DNA of 9,273 nucleotides. It comes from an archaeon (GTDB taxonomy: Archaea > Iainarchaeota > Iainarchaeia > Iainarchaeales > CSSED10-239). The first letter of the stretch is position 1. Each line of letters starts with the position of its first letter. This document shows, one piece after another, positions 1-6,140 of this stretch. Under the pieces are notes generated by a model, which saw only the letters and a program-made list of their open reading frames with translations, was not told the DNA's origin and ran no database searches. The position numbers and the translations under genes are program-made. The stretch lies in assembly GCA_041657425.1 (NCBI GenBank), contig JBBABY010000012.1, forward strand, positions 1 through 9,273. Reading direction: 5' to 3'.

Positions 1-258
1 TACGAGAGGAACGGTGCGTCGCGGTCTCTGGTGTACCAGTTGTCTGACAAGGCACTGCTGGGTAGCTACGCCGTAATTGATAAGAGCTGAAAGCATCTAA
101 GCTCGAAGCGATCCCTAAGACGAGACAGCCATTTCTGTAGAGATACAGGACAAGGACTCCGGAAAAACACCGGTTTGATAGGTCAGTAATGTAAGGTAGA
201 AGTAAGCAATTACGACTATTTCAGTTTTCTGATACTAAGAGTCCAAGAAAAAACCAAA
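1..258 (+). rRNA. rrl: 3'-terminal ~250 nt of large-subunit (23S) rRNA, truncated by the window edge
   Basis: The window opens inside the sarcin-ricin loop (TACGAGAGGAAC). It continues through the conserved GCTGAAAGCATCTAAG block (86-101) and the GATAGG...TACTAA terminal helices (177-238). This is collinear with my memory of E. coli 23S from about 2655 to the 3' end. GGAAC rather than bacterial GGACC indicates the archaeal/eukaryal type. G+C is clearly above the flanks. The 3' boundary (about 247-260) is approximate. Confidence 0.9.
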
Positions 259-332
259 CGAAATTCAATAGTATAGATGGGTCAAATCATTTAGTAAGAG
301 ACAAGTTCGTAGCACAAATTACAATTTTCTTT

Positions 333-367
333 ATCCGTAATAAAATCTTTTAAAACGGATTTTTTTT
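333..367 (+). terminator. Hairpin plus T-run downstream of the 23S gene; candidate rRNA transcript terminator
   Basis: ATCCGT (333-338) pairs with ACGGAT (355-360), with possible inner TAAA/TTTA pairs. A run of eight T (360-367) follows directly, and archaeal RNA polymerase terminates at oligo-T. A second imperfect 12-bp hairpin with one bulge lies at 372-399. Confidence 0.4.
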
Positions 368-480
368 ATTTCCCAAAGAAAATAATTTATTTTCTTGGGC
401 ACATAAAAATTTTCAATTTTTATCTTGTTTTTAATCTCTTTCTTGTCATCCGACTCTTTCTTTGGAGAAATTGGAATCTT

Positions 481-526
481 AGTGGGTACAAGGAAAATTA
501 GGTGGCATACACTAGTGGTCACAATT
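481..526. repeat. Bipartite repeat module A: GGGTACAA - 15 nt - ATACACTAGTGGTCACAATT
   Basis: Box 1 is GGGTACAA at 484-491. Box 2 is at 507-526 and contains the perfect palindrome CACTAGTG (510-517). It aligns to module B at a constant 192-bp offset. Confidence 0.55.
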
Positions 527-537
527 ATTACGTCGAT

Positions 538-582
538 TAGAATCGTCATAAAGTACTGGTTACGGCGGCTAGAATCGTCATA
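538..582. repeat. Direct repeat TAGAATCGTCATA x2 (538-550 and 570-582), period 32 nt
   Basis: Two exact 13-nt copies read directly from the sequence, located between repeat modules A and B. Confidence 0.6.
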
Positions 583-672
583 TATTTCACCTTTTTTTAT
601 ATATACTTACATCAAAATTACAAAGCGACTCACTAGTGATTAAGAAAACATGGAAAAGATCTAATTAAGACT

Positions 673-718
673 TGAGGGTACAACTTTATTTTAATTGTAT
701 ACACTAGTGGGTACAATT
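673..718. promoter_or_regulatory. Bipartite repeat module B: GGGTACAA - 15 nt - ATACACTAGTGGGTACAATT; candidate operator abutting the fic TATA box
   Basis: Box 1 is at 676-683. Box 2 is at 699-718 (18/20 identical to 507-526) and contains the palindrome CACTAGTG at 702-709. A third CACTAGTG lies at 631-638. Module B runs directly into TTTATAAA at 717-724. Confidence 0.5.
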
Positions 719-724
719 TATAAA
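717..724 (+). promoter_or_regulatory. TATA box candidate for the fic gene (leaderless or near-leaderless mRNA)
   Basis: TTTATAAA is centred about 26 nt upstream of the ATG at 747, the usual archaeal TATA-to-start-site distance. There is no Shine-Dalgarno-like purine tract between them. Confidence 0.45.
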
Positions 725-746
725 CATTTGTATACACTATATATCT

Positions 747-1700
747 ATGCCGATAATAAAAAGAATTATAGGAAATAAAGAATATTATTATTTAGAAGAA
801 CAGTTTAGAATAATAGATAAATTAAAAAAATTCAGAAAATATATAGGTTCTAAAAAACCATCTAAACAAGAACAAGTAGATATTGAAAATAAGTTTTTAG
901 ATAGTATAATTGCAAAATTATCAACTTCTTCTAATATCCAAGTAAAATACATTTCTAAAAAACAATTAATCCAGATTTTATTATTTAATCAAAAGTATTT
1001 TAGTAAATACAATAAATTAAGTCCAACTATTAAAAATAAATTAAATATAGATAATATTGTGTTATTTACATTAACAACGCTTACTACTGAAGACATAGAT
1101 GTATCTTTAGAAGATGTAATTAATGCAAGGAAAAAAGAGAAAAATCTAAATCAGAGAGAATTAATTTGTAAGAATATGTTAAAGGGTATAGCCTTAATAC
1201 AAAATGAGCAAACTAAAATTGAGATTAATTTTATAAAGACCCTACATAAAACAATAATGGCAGATTTTGAGACAAAGACTCCAGGATTATTTAGAACAAG
1301 AGAAGTTCATATCTATAAGAAGCACACCAAAGACCTATTGAGTGTAGAAATTAAATTTCAACCACCAGCTTATGGGTTAATCGTGGATAAGCTCAATAAA
1401 CTAATTGACTGGTATAATTCTTCAGACTTAAATGAATTTGAGAAAGCAATACTTTTACAATTTGAAATATATAAGATTCACCCATTTCTTGATGGAAACA
1501 AGAGAATATGTAGGTTATTATTCAACAAAGTATTACTTGATAATAATTTTCCATTAGTAAACATTTCAGAAAACAGAATTATGTATTTTGATTCCTTACT
1601 TCACTCAGTAGAATCAAATGATGTTCAACACCTATCAGCCTTTGTAGTAAGTGCTTACCTAAAGCAAGTAAAAGTATTTATAGGAAAAGATAAGAATTAG
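747..1700 (+). CDS. fic: Fic/Doc-family protein (317 aa) with an intact catalytic loop
   Basis: HPFLDGNKRICR (aa 245-256, nt 1479-1514) matches the Fic core motif HxFx(D/E)GN(G/K)RxxR. TLTTEDIDVSLEDV (aa 111-124) aligns to the common N-terminal SxxxEGNxLTLEEV inhibitory-helix region of class II Fic proteins. Long ATG-initiated ORF. Confidence 0.85.
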   Translation: MPIIKRIIGNKEYYYLEEQFRIIDKLKKFRKYIGSKKPSKQEQVDIENKFLDSIIAKLSTSSNIQVKYISKKQLIQILLFNQKYFSKYNKLSPTIKNKLNIDNIVLFTLTTLTTEDIDVSLEDVINARKKEKNLNQRELICKNMLKGIALIQNEQTKIEINFIKTLHKTIMADFETKTPGLFRTREVHIYKKHTKDLLSVEIKFQPPAYGLIVDKLNKLIDWYNSSDLNEFEKAILLQFEIYKIHPFLDGNKRICRLLFNKVLLDNNFPLVNISENRIMYFDSLLHSVESNDVQHLSAFVVSAYLKQVKVFIGKDKN

Positions 1701-1709
1701 AAGTAAGAT

Positions 1710-2429
1710 TTATTTCTTCTTCATAAAGTAAGCAAATACTGCAACTGTGTACATTGTTAGTATTGTGTTAGCAACTGACTGAAGTATTAGTTCTCCATAG
1801 ATGGAACCAGAAAGTAATAGAATATTTAGATATTCAAATATAAAACTAAATATAAAATTAATAATTCCAAGAAGAATTAATAAAGCAAATAATAACCAAA
1901 ACTTCTTTTTTAAAAATAACCAAGATCTTTCAAGTGATTCTTTAGTGGTTTTAGATACTGGCAAGAATAAAACCGCTAAACCAATAACTAAAGAAATAAC
2001 AAAGGACATTATTGCTAAGATAATAAGAAGAATAATTGAAATGATTCCTGGATTAAGTAATATCAAATATGCTAATAAATATATAAATAAAAAAATAACA
2101 CTAGTAAATAAACTGTAAATAAGAACTTTAGAAATATCTTCATATATATTTTTCTTTGAGTGTAGTACTGTATGCGCAATTAAATATGAAACATAATTAC
2201 TTAATGCAAATAAAAAGAAAAAACCAAGAATAAATAATAAAAGTTCATAACCGTAATAGTTCGTTAAAAATATTGGAATTTGAGAAAAGCTGGTTTCTAA
2301 GTAAATGGTGTTTGCAATATAATTTATTAAGTAATTTAATCCAAGCATAGAAGCAAGAAAAAGAACAATAATTAATATCGTTTTCTTATTTGCAAAAATC
2401 TTAAATCCTTTTAATAAACTTCCTAACAT
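1710..2429 (-). CDS. Polytopic integral membrane protein (239 aa, about 6 predicted TM helices), function unknown
   Basis: Repeated 20-25 residue hydrophobic stretches separated by short K/R/E-rich loops. It lies 30 nt downstream of the 172-aa gene on the same strand, so it is likely co-transcribed. An AAGGAAA purine tract sits upstream of its ATG on the minus strand. Confidence 0.75.
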   Translation of the reverse strand: MLGSLLKGFKIFANKKTILIIVLFLASMLGLNYLINYIANTIYLETSFSQIPIFLTNYYGYELLLFILGFFFLFALSNYVSYLIAHTVLHSKKNIYEDISKVLIYSLFTSVIFLFIYLLAYLILLNPGIISIILLIILAIMSFVISLVIGLAVLFLPVSKTTKESLERSWLFLKKKFWLLFALLILLGIINFIFSFIFEYLNILLLSGSIYGELILQSVANTILTMYTVAVFAYFMKKK

Positions 2430-2459
2430 ATTTTTCTTGTTTCCTTATTTTTAGATAAA

Positions 2460-2978
2460 TTACTTTGCTTGTCTCTTAATTGTTAATATTGTTCTTTTTT
2501 CATATTCTGTGTTATTTAAAGTATAAACTACATCAAAACCATAAGTTCCATTTAAAACATCAGCAGCAGTTACTGTTGGTGAAATTTTAACATCGCAATC
2601 AATTGTTCTAGAACTGTTTTTTGACATAATAGGAATTACTACTTTATTGTTTCCTATTGATGAGGCATTACAAGTTACATAAAAAGTATCTTCAACAGGC
2701 ACAATAGTGATAATTGCATTTTCTGAATCAAAGGCACTATTGTTTTTTACAGTGACAAGCATCTTAAGATTAGTATCCTTGTCAATTAAATAAGGATTCT
2801 TACTAAACTTAATCGAAAGATTACTACCTTTAAAACTATTTCCAAAATTTTCCCAATTAATTGTTGTTGCAAGTAATCCAATTACAATTATTATTATAAA
2901 AACAATTAAACCAATAAGGATGTATTCTTTGTCTTTTCTTAATTTTAAAGAATCTAATTTTTGATCATATAAACCCAT
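2460..2978 (-). CDS. N-terminally membrane-anchored protein with a beta-rich extracytoplasmic domain (172 aa), function unknown
   Basis: Single TM segment (ILIGLIVFIIIIVIGLLATTI) after a short charged N-terminus. The remaining ~125 aa show alternating beta-like patterns and six N-x-S/T sequons. It is the first gene of a minus-strand pair. Confidence 0.75.
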   Translation of the reverse strand: MGLYDQKLDSLKLRKDKEYILIGLIVFIIIIVIGLLATTINWENFGNSFKGSNLSIKFSKNPYLIDKDTNLKMLVTVKNNSAFDSENAIITIVPVEDTFYVTCNASSIGNNKVVIPIMSKNSSRTIDCDVKISPTVTAADVLNGTYGFDVVYTLNNTEYEKRTILTIKRQAK

Positions 2979-3104
2979 TTTTTGTCCCTTCTTTATATTT
3001 TGTTAATATCATTACATAAATATACTAAAAAAAGGTATATAAACATATTTGATTTATATATTTATGAGGTTTTAGATAAAATTAGGCAAGGTGCAACAAA
3101 TAAC

Positions 3105-4349
3105 ATGAAAAAAAATCACAAATTCTTTCAAGGGAAAAATTCTACTGCAAAAAATCAAGAAGTTTCTAAAAAGTTCTTTAATGGAGAAAACAAAAATAAC
3201 AATAGTCAAATACCAGTTTCTTTTGTAAACGCAAGAAGAAATACAAGAAACTTTAATGAACAAAGTAGTTCTAATTTTGTCCCTTCTAAAATTCCAGTAG
3301 TAAAAAGCCAAAATAATAATACTAATAAAAATAATAATAGTGGTTTTAATAATAAAAGTATAAATGATTCTAATAATAACAATACTAGTAATAAGAATGG
3401 AAATACTGGTGGGCAATTGTTTTTTATAAATGCTAGAAAGAATACTAGAAGTTTTAGGGAACAGATAAATTCGGATTTTGGAACAGGCTCCGGCAGTCCA
3501 GAGAAACACCATCATCCAAATGTTTCTAATAAACACCATCATAATCAGAACCATAATAATTTTGGTAATAAGAATCAAGTTCACCATAATCAGAAAAATT
3601 TTGTAAATGGATTCAATAATTCAAACCAAGGTAAAGGTCATAATTCAAATCAAAATAAAAATAATTCAAATCAAAATAATAAAAGTTATAATTACTCAAA
3701 TACCGACTATCCAAATACAAATGGATTGAATGTAAATAATAAACCAACAAATATTGAATTGGATAAATATATTAAAGCATTGAACTTTTCAGATCAATCA
3801 CAATTGTTACTTGCAATATGTGATCAATTTCAAAAAATTGATTTGCAGAAATTACATGCGCTTGATGAAAAATTATTAGAAGAGGCAATTGTTTCAAGTA
3901 ATAGAGAAATTGTTGAGTTGACAGTTATTGCTTATGTTTATAGAAAACTAATATCTAAAAAACATATATTTAATAGCCCAAATTGGAAAAAATTTAAAGA
4001 TAAAACAGTTACAGATTTAAAACTAGCAAGTGAACTTAGTAAGAAACTAGATCATACAGAGTATAATAAAAAAATAAAAGAAATTCAAACAGATATTGAA
4101 AATACAGATAAATTACTTGGTCATTTTATACATGATATTACTTTTAATGCAAGAGTTAAACTTGCATCAAGTGCTTATGCATATGGATTATCTTTGTCTC
4201 AAGCAAGTAATCTTCTTTCAGCAGATAAAGATTTAGTAATGGAGTTGCTTGGGCAAACAAAAATCCCTGATGAAGATACAAGATCAAATAATAAATCAAT
4301 AACAGACAAAGTAGAGTTATTAAAAAAAATGGTTGTGATAAGAAAATGA
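3105..4349 (+). CDS. Asn/His-rich low-complexity protein (414 aa from ATG 3105) with a helical C-terminal domain ending in a UPF0175-like (COG2886-like) segment
   Basis: The ORF track gives 2982-4349. The TTG at 2982 lies 3 nt from the divergent gene's start codon and would swallow the AT-rich promoter (TATATAAA 3036-3043), so the first ATG (3105, MKKNHKFF) is preferred. The C-terminal KLASSAYAYGLSLSQASNLLSADKDLVMELLGQTKIP resembles the UPF0175 pattern A..LY..G.LSLG.AA.LAG.S...F.ELL...GIP (from memory). Its stop overlaps the next ATG. Confidence 0.7.
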   Translation: MKKNHKFFQGKNSTAKNQEVSKKFFNGENKNNNSQIPVSFVNARRNTRNFNEQSSSNFVPSKIPVVKSQNNNTNKNNNSGFNNKSINDSNNNNTSNKNGNTGGQLFFINARKNTRSFREQINSDFGTGSGSPEKHHHPNVSNKHHHNQNHNNFGNKNQVHHNQKNFVNGFNNSNQGKGHNSNQNKNNSNQNNKSYNYSNTDYPNTNGLNVNNKPTNIELDKYIKALNFSDQSQLLLAICDQFQKIDLQKLHALDEKLLEEAIVSSNREIVELTVIAYVYRKLISKKHIFNSPNWKKFKDKTVTDLKLASELSKKLDHTEYNKKIKEIQTDIENTDKLLGHFIHDITFNARVKLASSAYAYGLSLSQASNLLSADKDLVMELLGQTKIPDEDTRSNNKSITDKVELLKKMVVIRK

Positions 4350-5017
4350 AAATTATTTTTGATACTGGAGTTTTAATTAGTTTTTCTCAAACATGTTTAC
4401 TTCCTGCGTTTTCTCAAATAAAAGAAAATATTGGAGAATTTGTAATAACTACTGGTGTAAAGTATGAATGTATTGATAGAGTAAGAAACAATATGCGTTT
4501 TAAACTTAGTTCAATGAGAATTAACGATCAACTTAATGAATTTATTTTTACAGTTTATAAAAGTGATAAAGAATTAGATGTCAGAACAAAAGAAATACTT
4601 AATCTAACAAACAGCATATATCTAATAAATGGAAGACCATTAAATATAGTAGATTTCGGAGAAGCAGAATGTCTTGCATTAATCGCAATGACTAAATCCA
4701 ATTGCTTAGCTATTGACGAAAGAACAACTCGTATGTTAATTGAAGACCCAAATGCTCTTCTGGAAATACTTAAAAGAAAACATTACAATGGGCAGATTCA
4801 ATTAAATCAGGAAAAATATAGTAAATTTAAACAGTTAGTTGGAAGTCCTGTAGTTATTAGATCAGTTGATTTGTTGGCCTTTGCATATGAGAAAGGACTT
4901 TTAAAAGGGATAATAACAAATAAAGAATATCTTAAATCCGCATTATATTCATTAAAGTTCAATGGTTGTTCAGTATCTTTTGAAGAAATAGAAGATTATC
5001 TTCTTAAACTAAAATAA
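4346..5017 (+). CDS. PIN-domain protein (223 aa), COG2405/DUF3368-like putative nuclease
   Basis: N-terminal MKIIFDTGVLI has the first PIN Asp. EFVITTGVKYECIDR resembles the family's 'vviPeaVyeEv' segment. DFGEAECLALIA and LAIDERTTR supply the GEAE and (D/E)D-type acidic residues. There is a 4-nt ATGA overlap with the upstream gene (4346-4349). It is about 70 aa longer than typical family members. Confidence 0.7.
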   Translation: MKIIFDTGVLISFSQTCLLPAFSQIKENIGEFVITTGVKYECIDRVRNNMRFKLSSMRINDQLNEFIFTVYKSDKELDVRTKEILNLTNSIYLINGRPLNIVDFGEAECLALIAMTKSNCLAIDERTTRMLIEDPNALLEILKRKHYNGQIQLNQEKYSKFKQLVGSPVVIRSVDLLAFAYEKGLLKGIITNKEYLKSALYSLKFNGCSVSFEEIEDYLLKLK

Positions 5018-6028
5018 TTATTTCAAATGAGTTGCTGGTTTAAGCCTTTCAAAAGTTTTCTTTATTATTTGCGTTCCTGGAATATTTCCGCGATGATATT
5101 TTTTATCTAATTTATGTATTAGTTCTTTTTGAAATTCTTTAGCTAGTTCTTTTATTTTTGGAATTAAATATTTACGTTCTTCTTTAAGATATTTTGCTAA
5201 ATTTTTGTAATCCATAACCAGTTTTAAACTATTGTTATCTAATTTTCCTTGTTCATTTGTCTTAAAAGAATATACATTTAAATTTTCTGCATCAATTGCA
5301 AGAGTACTATATCCTCCAAGTAATAATGGATCATTAGAATATTGTTTATTTTTTGGTAAATCTCCAATTCCTGTTTTAACAAATAATGCTTTTGGCTGCC
5401 CATCTATTTCTGCAGTTATGTGTTGTAAGGTATTTGTTTTTAATGCTCTAAGAAAACCACCGTAAGTTTGTTGGCAAACATTATCTAGTGCTATTGGTTT
5501 TTCAACATGGATTGTTTTAAGGAATGAATTATTAGAAATATTAATTACATCAGTAATAAGATTATGCGCAGATTTATTTTTTCCCTGTATTTTTAACCGT
5601 TGTAAGAATTGTAATAATTGATTAATATTATAGTTTTTTACGTGTTGTAGTAGGACTTGTCTTTTAGGAGTTGGTAACGAATAAAGATATTCATAAATAT
5701 TTTTGTTTTCAAAAACAAATTCTAATTGATATAGAGCTTTTTGTATTTCTGGTTTTTCTTGTATTTTAACTTCGGTTTCTTTTGGTTCATCATTAATGTA
5801 GATAGTTCTATATTTTGCAAAAAATAATTTATCTCTGTTTTTATATATTTCCGAAAATAATGGGTTTAGAAAATCTTTTTTTATAAATTCCATTTTATTA
5901 TATAATTGGTTATCTCCAAATACAGTTATTATTACAGAACTTACTTTGTCAGTTTTGTTCTCTTGAAATTCAATTCTTGTAATCTTTGCTTTTTCAAAAA
6001 CAATATGTAAATTAAGTGAATTTGCCAT
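5018..6028 (-). CDS. Hypothetical protein (336 aa), no domain recognised
   Basis: Long ATG-initiated ORF with ordinary globular composition. A minus-strand AAAGGAAA purine tract and AT-rich promoter lie upstream (6029-6100). Its stop codon abuts the stop of the PIN gene with no spacer. Confidence 0.75.
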   Translation of the reverse strand: MANSLNLHIVFEKAKITRIEFQENKTDKVSSVIITVFGDNQLYNKMEFIKKDFLNPLFSEIYKNRDKLFFAKYRTIYINDEPKETEVKIQEKPEIQKALYQLEFVFENKNIYEYLYSLPTPKRQVLLQHVKNYNINQLLQFLQRLKIQGKNKSAHNLITDVINISNNSFLKTIHVEKPIALDNVCQQTYGGFLRALKTNTLQHITAEIDGQPKALFVKTGIGDLPKNKQYSNDPLLLGGYSTLAIDAENLNVYSFKTNEQGKLDNNSLKLVMDYKNLAKYLKEERKYLIPKIKELAKEFQKELIHKLDKKYHRGNIPGTQIIKKTFERLKPATHLK

Positions 6029-6140
6029 ATTTTTAATATTTCCTTTGTTTTTATATATTATTAATAGATAAATACATTTTTATATTATTTTACTGTATAA
6101 TATACTTAAAATAGAGAAATTGTGCAGAGCAGGTATAAAG

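Noticed and set aside
100-125. Similarity between 23S CTCGAAGCGATCCCTAAGACGAGA (103-126) and the tRNA 3' end plus flank CTCGAAGCATCCAAGAGATA (9092-9111), considered as possible att-site copies
   Set aside because: The 23S copy lies in a conserved rRNA block constrained by rRNA function. The match needs three gaps and covers only about 18 nt. The geometry (rRNA interior versus tRNA end) makes no sense for att sites, so it is likely coincidence.
538-582. Minus-strand AUGACGA x2 with 32-nt period as a second C/D box sRNA
   Set aside because: Twelve nt after each box come UAAC and UAAU, not CUGA. The C boxes deviate at a conserved U, and there is no terminal stem. It is kept only as a low-interest repeat.
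557-600. TTACGGCGGC at 560-569 resembles the 5' end of some archaeal 5S rRNAs
   Set aside because: The downstream sequence is AT-rich and lacks the conserved 5S core (CCCGAAC...GGAAGUUAAGC). No helix I partner is present, so the resemblance is limited to 10 nt.
331-643. Two overlapping 72-aa ORFs (331-549 minus, 425-643 plus) in the rRNA-fic spacer
   Set aside because: They overlap each other and cover hairpins and repeat modules. The plus ORF starts at TTG, and both translate to low-complexity Ile/Phe/Lys strings typical of AT-rich non-coding DNA. There is no ribosome-binding or promoter context, so I treat the region as non-coding.
1801-2118. 105-aa plus-strand ORF
   Set aside because: It lies entirely antisense to the 239-aa membrane-protein gene. 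It has a Lys/Asn/Ile-rich composition with no start context, so it is a shadow ORF.
2982-3104. TTG start at 2982 for the Asn/His-rich protein (and TTG 6120 for the 6141 gene)
   Set aside because: The TTG at 2982 is 3 nt from the divergent gene's ATG and would place the shared AT-rich promoter and TATA inside coding sequence. The extra residues are hydrophobic or low-complexity. The first ATG codons (3105 and 6141) have better upstream purine tracts.
3072-3587. 171-aa minus-strand ORF
   Set aside because: It is antisense to the AAT/AAA-rich low-complexity region of the 3105-4349 gene, where stops are depleted by composition. The product is an Ile/Phe string, so it is a shadow ORF.
3290-3720. 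AAT/AAC-rich repetitive DNA, considered as a possible tandem-repeat or CRISPR-like array
   Set aside because: There are no regularly spaced identical repeats with unique spacers. The periodicity is codon-level (poly-Asn, poly-His) inside a continuous ORF. Only a single 21-nt duplication is present.
5015-5020. Convergent genes ending with zero spacer (5017/5018) and only 9 nt at 1700/1710, so there is no room for terminators
   Set aside because: This is typical of streamlined small genomes. It is noted under the 336-aa orphan finding as a possible antisense overlap but is not remarkable by itself.
5450-5464. YGGFL (the Leu-enkephalin pentapeptide) encoded in the 336-aa protein
   Set aside because: This is a five-residue coincidence inside a globular protein with no processing sites and no biological context in archaea.
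5232-5465. 77-aa plus-strand ORF
   Set aside because: It is fully nested antisense in the 336-aa gene and much shorter than its host ORF, so it is a shadow ORF.
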